A program made the translations under genes and the position numbers. Of a stretch of DNA of 64,000 bases, positions 21,737 to 33,511 are shown piece after piece. Under the pieces are notes generated by a model, which saw only the letters and a program-made list of their open reading frames with translations, was not told the DNA's origin and searched no databases. Each line of letters opens with the position of its first letter. Position 1 is the first letter of the stretch. This stretch comes from an uncultured delta proteobacterium (GTDB taxonomy: Bacteria; Myxococcota; Myxococcia; Myxococcales; Anaeromyxobacteraceae), in contig CAWJSR010000019.1 of the NCBI GenBank assembly GCA_963845515.1, positions 1 through 64,000 on the forward strand, given 5' to 3'.

Positions 21737-22372
21737 ATGGTCCGGATCAACCTGCTCCCGGTAAAGGTCTCCAGGAAGAAGGAGGCCGGCAAGCAGCAGC
21801 TCGTCCTCTTCGCCATCATCCTGGCCGCAGGCATCCTCTTCAACGTCCTGTGGGCGGGTCAGCGCGCCGGGGCCTTGAAGGACGCGAAGGACGCCGTCGC
21901 GCGGAAGAAGGCGGAGATCGCGCAGCTCGAGCGGATCATCGGCGAGGTGAAGAACATCCGCGCCCAGCAGGACGAGCTGAGGAAGAAGCTGGAGGTGCTC
22001 GACAAGCTCAAGGCCGGGCGGTCCGGGCCGGTGCGCATGCTCGACGAGCTCGCGACCGTCATCCCCAAGCGGCTCTGGCTCAAGAAGATGGTCGAGAAGG
22101 GCGGGACCAGCATCGCCTTCGACGGGACGGCCGCCACCATCGACGACGTCTCCGCCTTCATGTCCGCCCTGAAGACGTCCAAGCACTTCAGCGCCGTCGA
22201 GCTGAAGAAGACCACCGCGACCACCGGGAAGCAGGGGGGAGCCGGCGTCCGACTCGTCGACTTCTCGATCACCGCGGCCGTGACCTACGGCGGCGTCCCC
22301 GCCGCCGAAGCCGCGTCAGCGGGGCCCGCGGGTCCGGGAGGAGCGGCCCCGGCCGCTCCGGTGAAGAGGTAG
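21737..22372 (+). CDS. pilN: PilN
   Basis: MVRINLLP motif, TM, coiled coil. Confidence 0.93.
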   Translation: MVRINLLPVKVSRKKEAGKQQLVLFAIILAAGILFNVLWAGQRAGALKDAKDAVARKKAEIAQLERIIGEVKNIRAQQDELRKKLEVLDKLKAGRSGPVRMLDELATVIPKRLWLKKMVEKGGTSIAFDGTAATIDDVSAFMSALKTSKHFSAVELKKTTATTGKQGGAGVRLVDFSITAAVTYGGVPAAEAASAGPAGPGGAAPAAPVKR

Positions 22373-22375
22373 CCC

Positions 22376-23006
22376 ATGGACAAGCTCCTCGAGCGGATCA
22401 ACAGGCTGGCACTGGGCGCGAAGCTCGGCGCCGTCGCGGGCGTCCTGGTGGTCCTGACGGCGCTCAACTACTTCGTCTTCGGCTTCAACATCGGACCGTC
22501 CATCTCCGAGACCGAGACCCTCATCACGCGCACCCACGCCGAGCGTGAGAAGCTCCAGAAGGACTTCATCGAGAAGCAGGCGATCGCCAACAACCTGAAC
22601 CAGTTCCGTCGGGAGAAGGAGCTGCTCGAGCAGAAGCTGACGGAGGCGTTGGCCGAGCTGCCCGAGGAGAAGAACATCGACGAGCTGCTCCAGCTCTTCC
22701 AGGACCGCGCCATCAAGTCGGGGCTGGAGATCAACACCATCGAGCCCGGGAACGTGAAGACCGAGCAGTTCTTCGCGCGCATCCCCATCCCGATGACGGT
22801 GGCCGGCAACTTCCACGAGATCGCGACCTTCTTCGACTCGCTGGGGCGGCTCCGACGCATCGTCAACGTCTCCGACATCCAGCTCGACGATGCCCAAGGA
22901 CGTGAGCGGCAAGGTGGTCGTCAGCGGCAAGTTCCTGGTCACCACCTTCATGTTCGTGAAGGCGCCGCCCCCCGCCGCCGCTCCCACGGCTGGAAAGAAG
23001 AAGTGA
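22376..23006 (+). CDS. pilO: PilO (frameshift ~22890)
   Basis: TM plus coiled coil; LP..K.IDELL, GNFHEIATFFDSL..LRRIVNV; C-terminal VTTFMF..KKK* in shifted frame. Confidence 0.88.
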
Positions 23007-23010
23007 CGCC

Positions 23011-23580
23011 ATGCGACGCCACCTGATCGCCATGTTCGTCGTGATCGCGGCCACCGCGGCGTGCGACTCGAAGAAGGCCAAGGCTCCGGCCGCCAGGCCA
23101 GCCGCCGCTCCTGCCGCTGCGCCTGCCCCCGCCCCGACGGCCGCGGCCACGGCCGCCGCACCCGCAGCAGCCGCAGCTGCGCCGGCCGCGGAGGAGAAGA
23201 AGGCCCAGCCGGAGTGGGCCTACTCGTCGGTGGGCAAGCGGGACCCCTTCCGCAGCTTCCTGGCCGAGCTGGAGTTGCAGGGGGGCGCACTGGCGACCCG
23301 CTGCGCGACCCCGCTCGGCAAGTTCGAGCTCGAGCAGCTCAAGCTCGCCGCGGTGATCGTCGGCCTCGCCGACCCGGTGGCCATGGTCCAGGCGCCGAAC
23401 GGCGTCGGGTACACCATCCGCCGCGGCGCCTGCATCGGCAAGAACGGCGGCACCGTGGCGGCAGTCCGCTCGGGCGAGGTCGTCGTCACGGAGTTCGCCG
23501 TGCGTGCCGACGGGACCAGGGAAAAGACGCAGACCGTGCTCCGCCTCCCAAAGGAAGCGGCGCTCAATCTCGAGGAGTAG
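23011..23580 (+). CDS. pilP: PilP lipoprotein
   Basis: Lipobox-like TAAC, Ala/Pro linker, YSSVGKRDPF, LGKFELEQLKL, IGKNGG. Confidence 0.92.
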   Translation: MRRHLIAMFVVIAATAACDSKKAKAPAARPAAAPAAAPAPAPTAAATAAAPAAAAAAPAAEEKKAQPEWAYSSVGKRDPFRSFLAELELQGGALATRCATPLGKFELEQLKLAAVIVGLADPVAMVQAPNGVGYTIRRGACIGKNGGTVAAVRSGEVVVTEFAVRADGTREKTQTVLRLPKEAALNLEE

Positions 23581-23583
23581 CAA

Positions 23584-26400
23584 ATGAACCGGACCACCAC
23601 GCGCCTCGCAGGCCTCACGCTGCTCATCGGCGCCCTCGCGGTTGCGAGCGAAGCGCGGGCGATCGACGCCAACACCATCAGCGCAGTGGACGTCTCCGAG
23701 AAGGACGGCGCGGTCGAGCTCGTCATCAAGGGCTCCCGTCCGCCGAGCTATACGGTCTTCAAGCTGCAGGAGCCGCCGCGCCTCGTGGTCGACCTCTCCG
23801 GCGCCGACGTCTCCGGCGTCGCGTCCCCGTTCGAGGTGGCGAAGGGTGGCGTCATCGGCGTCTCCACCGCCCAGTACAAGGACGCGAAGAGCCAGGTCGG
23901 CCGCGTCATCGTCGCCCTCGACGGCCCGCGCCGGTACGAGGTGCAGCCGCGAGGCGACACCGTCGTCGTCCGGGTGATCGCCGATACGGTCGCGGAAGCC
24001 GCCGCAGTCCCCGCGCCGGCCGTGGAGCCGAAGAAGGTCGAAGTGATCGCCGAGGCGAAGCCCGAGCCGAAGGCGGAACCGAAGGTCGAGGCAGAGGTCG
24101 AAGCGAAGGCCGAGCCGAAGGGGGCACCCAAGGTCGAGGCGAAGGCTGAGCCGAAGGTCGAGGCGAAAGCCGAGAAGACGGTCGAGGCGAAGGCGGAGAA
24201 GACGGTCGTGGTCACCCTCCCTCCAGAGGCCGCGCCGGCCGCGCAGCCCTCCGCCCCGGCAGCACCGGCGGACAACGTCGTCGCCCGCCGCGTCGACGAG
24301 AAGCGGGTCCGGCGGGGAGCCCACGCGCTCACCGGTGTGCGCGTCACCCGCGACGGCCTCCTCATGGCCACCGACGGCGAGGTGGGGAAGATCGAGATCA
24401 TCGAGCTTCGCGATCCTGCACGGCTGGCGATCGACCTCCACGGCGTCGCCAAGGCGCCACGCGCCGCGGCGCCCGGCGCCCACGGCTTCGCCCAGGTCCG
24501 CTTCGGCCGCGACGAAGGCAGGACGCGCGTCGTCTTCGACGCCGAGGGGACCCTCCCGGCCTACGAGGTGAAGCGGGTCGCCGGCGGCGTGGCGGTCATC
24601 GTCCCGGCGGTCGCCGCTTCCAGGGAGACCCCGCCAGCGGCCGCCGTCGCGCCGGCCGAGAAGGCGGCGGCCAGGGCCGTCACGGCGAAGTCGAAGATCG
24701 CGGACGTCCGCTTCGCCCAGTCCGGCAGCGCGGCGCGGATCGAGATCTCCGGGCGCGCCCGCTACACGCTCTCACGTCCCGACGCGCGGACGGTCGTGCT
24801 CTCGCTCGACCAGGCCGAGCTCCCCAAGAAGCTCGAGCGCTCGCTCGACACGAGCGCCTTCGACGGGCCGGTCATGATGGTCTCCTCGTTCAACCAGCCC
24901 TCGACGGGCCAGGTGAAGGTCGTCGCCAGCCTCCGGGACGAGGCGAGCGATCGGATCGTCGAGACGCCCGGCGGCATCGCCTGGACGTTCACCGCTGGCG
25001 CGGGGCGCGGCCAGGCTGACGCGAAGGCGCAGAGCGCCGAGAGCCAGGCTGCCGGCTTCGCGCAGGAGGCGCCGGGTTACGCGCTCTCCGGCGCGCCGCA
25101 GCAGCGGCGTGGCTACACCGGCCGCCGGATCACGCTGGACTTCCACGACATCGAGGTCCGGAACCTCCTCCGGCTCATCGCCGACGTCTCGAAGCGGAAC
25201 ATCATCGTCGCCGACGACGTGACGGGCAAGGTGACCGTCTCCCTGCGGAACGTCCCCTGGGATCAGGCGCTCGACCTCATCCTGAAGACCAAGGGGCTCG
25301 ACAAGGAGGTGATGGGCAACGTCATCCGGATCGCCAGGCTGGAGGAGATCGCCAAGGAGCAGGAGGCGCGCGCGAAGGCGGCCGAGGCCCGCAAGCCGCT
25401 CATCCCGCTCAAGGTCCGGCTCATCCCGGTCAACTTCGCCCGCGCTGCGGATGTCTCCGGCCGCGTGAAGGACGTCCTCTCCGAGCGCGGCACCGTGTCG
25501 ACGGACGAACGGACCAACGTCCTGATCGTGAAGGACATCCAGGAGAACCTGACCAAGGCGGAGGGGCTGGTGCGCAACCTCGACACCGAGATCCCGCAGG
25601 TCCTCATCGAGAGCCGTATCGTCGAGGCCTCCTCCAACTTCAACAAGGCGCTCGGCGTTCAGTGGGGCGGCAACGCCTCCTTCACGACCGCGACCGGCAA
25701 CCCCACCGGCATCTACTTCCCCAACCAGATCGCGGCAGCCGGAGGCATCGCCGGCGGCGCCACCGCCGGAACGTCGGCCACGCCCCAGTACGCCGTGAGC
25801 CTCCCGGCGGCCGTCGGAGACGGCTCCGGCGGAGCCCTCGGCCTCATCCTCGGCTCGGCGGCCGGCGCCTTCAACATCAACCTGCGCCTCTCTGCCCTCG
25901 AGAACCAGGGTGTCGTGAAGACGATCTCCGCTCCCAAGGTCGCGACGATCGACAACAAGGAGGCGAGCATCGGGCAGGGCATCTCGATCCCGTTCTCGCA
26001 GACGTCGGCCAGCGGCGTGAGCACGACCTTCATCGAGGCCAAGCTGGAGCTGAAGGTGACGCCCCACGTCTCGGCGGACGGCTCGATCCTCCTGAAGATC
26101 AAGGCGACCAACAACGCGCCGAACCCGCAGCTCACCGGCGCCAACGGTCAGCCCTCGATCTCGAAGCGCGAGGCGGACACCGAGGTGCTGGTCAAGGACG
26201 GCGAGACCACCGTCATCGGCGGCATCTACACGCGGGCCACCTCGCACCGCGAGGCGCGCGTCCCGTTCCTCGGCAAGCTGCCGATCCTGGGCTTCTTCTT
26301 CCGGACCCGTGCCGACCAGGACGACCACACCGAGATGCTGATCTTCATCACGCCGCGCATCCTGAACCGTCAGGCCACGACGGTCGGGGCAGGCAGCTGA
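23584..26400 (+). CDS. pilQ: Secretin PilQ with AMIN domains
   Basis: Signal peptide; PPRLVVD AMIN motifs; LRNVPWDQALD; QVLIESRIVE; LKVTPH; VPFLGKLPILGFFFR. Confidence 0.95.
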   Translation: MNRTTTRLAGLTLLIGALAVASEARAIDANTISAVDVSEKDGAVELVIKGSRPPSYTVFKLQEPPRLVVDLSGADVSGVASPFEVAKGGVIGVSTAQYKDAKSQVGRVIVALDGPRRYEVQPRGDTVVVRVIADTVAEAAAVPAPAVEPKKVEVIAEAKPEPKAEPKVEAEVEAKAEPKGAPKVEAKAEPKVEAKAEKTVEAKAEKTVVVTLPPEAAPAAQPSAPAAPADNVVARRVDEKRVRRGAHALTGVRVTRDGLLMATDGEVGKIEIIELRDPARLAIDLHGVAKAPRAAAPGAHGFAQVRFGRDEGRTRVVFDAEGTLPAYEVKRVAGGVAVIVPAVAASRETPPAAAVAPAEKAAARAVTAKSKIADVRFAQSGSAARIEISGRARYTLSRPDARTVVLSLDQAELPKKLERSLDTSAFDGPVMMVSSFNQPSTGQVKVVASLRDEASDRIVETPGGIAWTFTAGAGRGQADAKAQSAESQAAGFAQEAPGYALSGAPQQRRGYTGRRITLDFHDIEVRNLLRLIADVSKRNIIVADDVTGKVTVSLRNVPWDQALDLILKTKGLDKEVMGNVIRIARLEEIAKEQEARAKAAEARKPLIPLKVRLIPVNFARAADVSGRVKDVLSERGTVSTDERTNVLIVKDIQENLTKAEGLVRNLDTEIPQVLIESRIVEASSNFNKALGVQWGGNASFTTATGNPTGIYFPNQIAAAGGIAGGATAGTSATPQYAVSLPAAVGDGSGGALGLILGSAAGAFNINLRLSALENQGVVKTISAPKVATIDNKEASIGQGISIPFSQTSASGVSTTFIEAKLELKVTPHVSADGSILLKIKATNNAPNPQLTGANGQPSISKREADTEVLVKDGETTVIGGIYTRATSHREARVPFLGKLPILGFFFRTRADQDDHTEMLIFITPRILNRQATTVGAGS
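24052..24207 (+). repeat. Imperfect ~24-bp coding repeats (VEAKAEPK/VEAKAEKT) in the PilQ linker
   Basis: gtcgaggcgaa(g/a)gc.gag units repeated; protein EAKPEPKAEPKVEAEVEAKAEPK...VEAKAEPKVEAKAEKTVEAKAEKTV. Confidence 0.7.
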
Positions 26401-26530
26401 GCCCCAGGACTGCGCGGCTGCAGCCGGGAGCTCTGCCGGGAGGCGCGGCAGTCTGACGCACCGCGTCCTCACCGATGCTTGACGCCCTACGCGGGGGCGG
26501 GCTAGTAAGGTGCCCGTCTCCGTGCGGTCT

Positions 26531-26553
26531 TGCCCGGAAAGACGGGCATTTTT
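26531..26553 (+). terminator. Intrinsic terminator-like hairpin between pilQ and mglC-like gene
   Basis: TGCCCG-GAAAGA-CGGGCA followed by TTTTT. Confidence 0.55.
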
Positions 26554-26572
26554 CAGCACGGAGCGACGAGAC

Positions 26573-26932
26573 ATGGGCTTTCGCGAGCATCTTCAGGAGG
26601 TCTGCCGCAATGTCGAGGGGGCGGTCGCCTGCTCGCTCATGGGCGTGGACGGCATCGAGGTCGACACGCACCTGAACGAGGGCGGGGACATCGACTTCCG
26701 CACCCTGCTCATCGAGTACTCCGGGATCCTCCGCAGCGCGCGGGAGGCTGCCGAGTCCAACCAGGCCGGCGGGGTCGCCGAGGTGAGCATCTCGACCGAC
26801 AGGCTGATCGCGGTGGCCCGGATCGTCTCGCCGGAGTACTTCATGGTCGTGGCGCTGACGCCCGACGGCAACTTCGGCAAGGCGCGCTACTACCTGCGCG
26901 TGACGGCCCCGAAGCTGGCGGCGGAGTTGTAG
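26573..26932 (+). CDS. mglC: Roadblock/LC7-domain protein, MglC-like
   Basis: VEGAVACSLMGVDGIEV, GNFGKARYYL roadblock pattern; position between pilQ and efp matches recalled myxobacterial synteny. Confidence 0.7.
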   Translation: MGFREHLQEVCRNVEGAVACSLMGVDGIEVDTHLNEGGDIDFRTLLIEYSGILRSAREAAESNQAGGVAEVSISTDRLIAVARIVSPEYFMVVALTPDGNFGKARYYLRVTAPKLAAEL

Positions 26933-27026
26933 CGGCTCGAAGACAACACGAAGGAGCGGGCGAGCGCCGACGGTGGCGTCCCTCTCCATCCCTCCGCGCA
27001 GCGGAGTCCCAAGGAGCAGAGCAGAG

Positions 27027-27599
27027 ATGGCGGACACGATCGACACAGCCGACTTCCGCAGGGGCCTCAAGATCCAGATCGACGCGGACCCCTGGGAGAT
27101 CGTCGAGTTCCAGCACGTGAAGCCGGGCAAGGGCTCGGCCTTCGTGCGGACCCGGATCAAGAACCTGATCAACGGCCGGACGATCGACAGGACGTTCAAG
27201 TCCGGCGACCAGGTTGGCAAGCCCGACATCGAGGAGAAGGAGATGCAGTTCCTCTACCGCGAGGGCGAGCACTTCAACTTCATGGACAACAAGTCCTTCG
27301 AGCAGACGTTCCTCACAGAGGAGCAGATGGGGGACGCGAAGAAGTTCATCAAGGACAACACGACGACGCACATCCTGTTCTTCAACGGCAAGGCCATTGG
27401 AGTGACCTTGCCGAACGCGATGGACCTCCGGGTCGTGAAGTGCGATCCGGGCGTGCGGGGCGACACCGTCTCGGGCGCCACCAAGCCCGCCACCCTCGAG
27501 TCCGGCTACGTCGTCAACGTGCCGCTCTTCATCAACGAGGGGGAGATCCTCCGCATCGACACCCGCACCGGCGAGTACCTCACCCGCGTGGCCGGCTGA
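27027..27599 (+). CDS. efp: Elongation factor P
   Basis: [41 protein letters not shown]. Confidence 0.96.
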   Translation: MADTIDTADFRRGLKIQIDADPWEIVEFQHVKPGKGSAFVRTRIKNLINGRTIDRTFKSGDQVGKPDIEEKEMQFLYREGEHFNFMDNKSFEQTFLTEEQMGDAKKFIKDNTTTHILFFNGKAIGVTLPNAMDLRVVKCDPGVRGDTVSGATKPATLESGYVVNVPLFINEGEILRIDTRTGEYLTRVAG

Positions 27600-27630
27600 C
27601 GGCCCCCAGGCTAGGAGACGACCGAACCAT

Positions 27631-28137
<507 letters not shown>

Positions 28138-28155
28138 CTCCGGGGGAGCGCCTCC

Positions 28156-29531
<1,376 letters not shown>

Positions 29532-29606
29532 CCCTCCCCAGCCGGGGGTAGGCGTGGGGGTCGAAAAACGGGTGTAATTCCGCGTACCGTCGTGGGATTC
29601 CCCGTC

Positions 29607-29635
29607 TTGACCGACCCATGCCCTTTGACTAGGCT
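29607..29635 (+). promoter_or_regulatory. Sigma-70-type promoter upstream of sgmX-like gene
   Basis: TTGACC-N17-TAGGCT. Confidence 0.5.
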
Positions 29636-29727
29636 GGGTACGGTCTGGGGGCACGTCGCCTCCGGGTGTGCCCGCGTGGGTTTCGCCGCGAGCGCAGGTC
29701 CCCGCGATAGGCGCTCCGCCCGGCCCG

Positions 29728-32493
29728 ATGGCAGTCGACAAGAACAAGATCATCGCTGAGGCGACCAAGCTCGTTCAGAAGGGCGCCTTCGACAAGGCCA
29801 TCAAGACGTACGAGCGGATCCTCGCCGAGGATCCGAAGGACGTCCGCGTCGTCCTGAAGATCGGCGAGCTCTACCAGAAGCTGCGCGACGACAGGGCGGC
29901 CGCCGAGGCCTTCAAGCGGGTCGCCGACATCTACACCGACCAGGGCTTCTTCCTGAAGGCGGTGGCCGTCTTCAAGCAGGCCAGCAAGCTCGATCCCGAC
30001 GACCTCGGCGTCAACGAGAAGCTCGCAGCGCTCAACCAGCAGCTCGGGCTGATGAGCGACGCGATGAGCCAGCTCCAGCTCGTCGCCGCTTCCTACGAGA
30101 AGGCCGGCGACCAGGCGCGGCTCCTCGACGTCCTGAAGCGCATGCTCGAGCTGGATCCGGACAACATCGCGTCCTCGATCAAGCTCGGGGAGCTCCACGG
30201 GCGCGCGAACCAGCCCGCCGCCGCCCTCGAGTACTTCCAGCGGGCCGCCGACTACCTCAAGAGCCACAGCCGGCCCGACGAGTGGGTGAAGGTCGCGGAG
30301 CGGATCGCGGCGCTCAGTCCCGACGACGCGCCGCTCGCGCGCGAGCTGGCGCACGTGTACCTGGCGAAGGGCGACACCAAGCGCGCCCTGGCCAAGCTCC
30401 AGTTCTGCTTCAAGGCCGATCCCAAGGACGTCCAGACCCTGACGCTGCTCGCCCAGGCCTTCCGCGACCTGGGCCAGAGCGGGAAGACCACCTCGGTCTA
30501 CAAGGAGCTGGCCCGTATCTACGAGGAGCAACGGAAGCCGGCGGAGGCCAGGTCGGTCTGGAGGAAGGTACAGGAGCTCGCGCCGGACGATCCGGACGCG
30601 GTCGCCGCGATCGGGGGCGGCCCAGCTGCGCCCGCCGCGCCGCAGCCGGCTGGGAGGCCAGCGGCCGCCCCCGCCGGCCCGCCGCCCGGTGCCTTTCGCC
30701 AGCCGGCCGCGCCCCCGCCGGGCGCCCTCCGCCAGCCGGCTGGCGTTCCGATCGGCGCGATCCGGCCGGTAGCCCAGTCCGCGGCCGCCTCCGGCCCAGG
30801 GGACGTGGCCAAGCTGCTCTCGGAGGTGGAGGTCTACGTCAAGTACGGCCTCCATCCCAAGGCGCTCGATCACCTGAAGAAGATCTTCGCCATCCAACCG
30901 GACAACGCCGAGGCGCTGGAGAAGGCGCGCGAGGTGCACCTCGCGGCCGGCGACGTCGACTCGGCGGCGGGGGCGGGCGCGAGGCTGGTGCGCAGCCTCC
31001 ACGACAATGGCGACGACCCGCGCGCCCGGGACGAGCTCCTTCGCCTGCGCCAGATCGCGCCGGGCTTCCCCGCGATCCACGAGCTCGCTGAGCTGGTCGG
31101 GGGCGAGCGGACCGACGAGGTGTCGCTCGACACGGCGGACGTCGAGGAGCTGACGCTCGCGACCGACGCCGCCGTGGAGATTGCCGGGGAGGACGACCTC
31201 GCGCTCGCGGTCGCCGGGAACGAGGGCGACGAGGTAGTCGACGAGGAGGAGGAGGCGGCGGTCGGCGCCGGGCCGGGGCACCCGGACGCCGATGACGAGG
31301 GGCTCGACCTCGCAGTGGAGGCTGCAGACGCCGCGTTCGACGAGGACGAGCTCGTCGACGAGGAGCCCCCGGCTCCCGCGCCTCCGCCCCCGCGCTCGGC
31401 CCGGCCTCCCCCGTCCCTCGCGCGCCCGGTCGTGACGCCGCCACCGGGCCCTCCCCCGGGGGCTGTTCGCACCGCTCCGGCCAAGGCGTCGCCTGCGGCC
31501 CGGCCAGTGGCGAAGCCAGCGCCCGCGAAGGCGCAGCCCCCCGCCGCCAGGCCCGCGGCAGCGCGTCCGCCGGCACGTCCACCTCCTCCGCCCGAGGACG
31601 AGGAGCTCGATCTCTCCGACGATCTGGAGGAGGTCGACTTCTTCATCCAGCAGGGGCTCCTCGACGACGCCCGCGAGAAGCTCGAGGGGCTCGCCCGGTT
31701 CTACCCGGACCACTCCGGGCTGAAGGCCAAGCTCGCCGAGCTGGGGCGCCGCGAGAAGGGGAGCGCAGGCGACGGCGAGGCCCGAGTCACTCCGACGCTG
31801 ATCGCGCCGGCCTCCTCGGACGACAGCTTCGACATCGCGCGGGACCTCGCAGACGAGCTGGGCGCCGCCGGCAACATCGAGGACGCAGGAGGGGCAGGGG
31901 AGGACTTCCAGTTCTCCGTGGAGGACGTCTTCAACCAGTTCAAGAAGGGGGTGGAGCAGACCGTGGGCAAGGAGGACAGCGACACCCACTTCGACCTCGG
32001 CATCGCCTACAAGGAGATGGGGCTCCTCGACGCCGCCATCGAGGAGTTCGAGACGGCCTCGAAGGGGAACAACAAGCGGAAGGAGGTCGACTGCTTCTCG
32101 ATGATCGGCCTCTGCCGCGTGGCGCAGGGGGACACCAAGGCGGCCATCAAGGCGTTCCGGCACGCCCTCTCCTCCGACTACCTCAACCGCGACGCCGCGA
32201 AGGCGCTCCACTTCGAGCTCGCCGCCGCCTACGAGGAGGCCGGTGACAAGGACGGCGCCCTCTTCTTCTTGCAGAAGCTGAACAAGATCGATCCCGCCTA
32301 CCGAGGGGTCGGCGCCAAGGTCGCTGCGCTCGGCGGGGGGCCGGGGAAGGTCCCCGCCGAGTTCGCCGCCGCGGCCCGGCCGCCCGGCTCCGCGCCCCGG
32401 CCGGCGCCGGCCAGGCCTCCCTCCGGATCCAGGACGGGCGGGTCCTCCCCCACCCCCGTCCCCGGCTCCAAGAAGAACATCGGATACCTGTAA
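29728..32493 (+). CDS. sgmX: Multi-TPR social motility protein, SgmX-like (921 aa)
   Basis: N-terminal TPR array (DKNKIIAEATKLVQKG..DKAIK), Pro/acidic linkers, C-terminal DTHFDLGIAYKEMGL TPRs; position after accC matches recalled myxobacterial synteny. Confidence 0.7.
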   Translation: MAVDKNKIIAEATKLVQKGAFDKAIKTYERILAEDPKDVRVVLKIGELYQKLRDDRAAAEAFKRVADIYTDQGFFLKAVAVFKQASKLDPDDLGVNEKLAALNQQLGLMSDAMSQLQLVAASYEKAGDQARLLDVLKRMLELDPDNIASSIKLGELHGRANQPAAALEYFQRAADYLKSHSRPDEWVKVAERIAALSPDDAPLARELAHVYLAKGDTKRALAKLQFCFKADPKDVQTLTLLAQAFRDLGQSGKTTSVYKELARIYEEQRKPAEARSVWRKVQELAPDDPDAVAAIGGGPAAPAAPQPAGRPAAAPAGPPPGAFRQPAAPPPGALRQPAGVPIGAIRPVAQSAAASGPGDVAKLLSEVEVYVKYGLHPKALDHLKKIFAIQPDNAEALEKAREVHLAAGDVDSAAGAGARLVRSLHDNGDDPRARDELLRLRQIAPGFPAIHELAELVGGERTDEVSLDTADVEELTLATDAAVEIAGEDDLALAVAGNEGDEVVDEEEEAAVGAGPGHPDADDEGLDLAVEAADAAFDEDELVDEEPPAPAPPPPRSARPPPSLARPVVTPPPGPPPGAVRTAPAKASPAARPVAKPAPAKAQPPAARPAAARPPARPPPPPEDEELDLSDDLEEVDFFIQQGLLDDAREKLEGLARFYPDHSGLKAKLAELGRREKGSAGDGEARVTPTLIAPASSDDSFDIARDLADELGAAGNIEDAGGAGEDFQFSVEDVFNQFKKGVEQTVGKEDSDTHFDLGIAYKEMGLLDAAIEEFETASKGNNKRKEVDCFSMIGLCRVAQGDTKAAIKAFRHALSSDYLNRDAAKALHFELAAAYEEAGDKDGALFFLQKLNKIDPAYRGVGAKVAALGGGPGKVPAEFAAAARPPGSAPRPAPARPPSGSRTGGSSPTPVPGSKKNIGYL

Positions 32494-32508
32494 ACTCAGG
32501 GCCACAGC

Positions 32509-33429
32509 GTGAACTACCTCCAATTCTACGACCTGAGCCAGGAGCCCTTCTCGAACGCGCCGGTGTCGCGCTTCTACTACTCGTCAGCGCAGCACGCGCA
32601 GGCGCTGATGCGGCTCACCCACGCGGTCGCCAACATGAAGGGGCTCGCCATCCTGGTCGGCGACATCGGCGCGGGGAAGACGACGCTCGCCCGGCGGATG
32701 CTCGACAGCCTCCCGGAGCGGGAGTACGAGGCCGCCCTGCTCGTGATCATCCACTCCGGGATCACCGCGGGCTGGCTGCTGAAGCGGATCGCGCTCCAGC
32801 TGGGCGTCGAGAGCCCGTCAGAGGACAAGCTCACCCTGCTCTCGCAGCTATACCAGCGGCTGGTGAAGATCTACGAGCAGGGGAAGAAGGCGGTCATCCT
32901 CATCGACGAGGCGCAGATGCTCGGCACCCGCGAGATCATGGAGGAGTTCCGCGGGCTGCTCAACCTCGAGGTGCCGGAGCGGAAGCTCCTCTCCTTCGTC
33001 TTCTTCGGGCTTCCCGAGATCGAGGACAACCTGCGGCTCGATCCTCCCCTCGCCCAGCGCGTTGCGCTGAAGTACCGGCTGGAGCCGCTCAACTTCGAGT
33101 CGACGGAGGCCTACATACGCCACCGGCTCAAGCTGGCAGGGGCCGCGCGCGTCCCCTTCACGGCGCAGGCGCTGAAGCGCATCCACCTGCACACGAGGGG
33201 AACGCCGCGCGTCATCAACACCCTGTGCGACAACCTCCTCTTCGAGGGGTTCGTGGCCCGGACACGCGAGCTGGACGAGAAGCTGGTGGACCGGGTGGCG
33301 CGCGATCTCGGCTTCGACTTCCGGCCACCGGTCGCGCCGCCCGGTGCTCCCCCCGGAGCGCGGCCGGGCGAACGGCAGAAGCTCGATCTCGCGGAGATCG
33401 ATCGTTACCTCGACTCGCTAATGAAGTGA
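32509..33429 (+). CDS. ExeA/GspA-like AAA ATPase
   Basis: YL.FYDL..EPFSNAP, GDIGAGKTT, LIDEAQ, GTPRVINTLCD. Confidence 0.85.
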   Translation: MNYLQFYDLSQEPFSNAPVSRFYYSSAQHAQALMRLTHAVANMKGLAILVGDIGAGKTTLARRMLDSLPEREYEAALLVIIHSGITAGWLLKRIALQLGVESPSEDKLTLLSQLYQRLVKIYEQGKKAVILIDEAQMLGTREIMEEFRGLLNLEVPERKLLSFVFFGLPEIEDNLRLDPPLAQRVALKYRLEPLNFESTEAYIRHRLKLAGAARVPFTAQALKRIHLHTRGTPRVINTLCDNLLFEGFVARTRELDEKLVDRVARDLGFDFRPPVAPPGAPPGARPGERQKLDLAEIDRYLDSLMK

Positions 33430-33511
33430 TCGCCGGCCTGTTCTCCCCGGTCGGGCGCTTCCTTGGTGGATGGCCGAGTCGAGGGGAGAATCGCAGGGCC
33501 CGGAGCACCCA

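Noticed and set aside
23085..23190. Ala/Pro low-complexity tracts in pilP (and in sgmX) as DNA repeat elements
   Set aside because: Ordinary coding linkers without a regular repeat unit.
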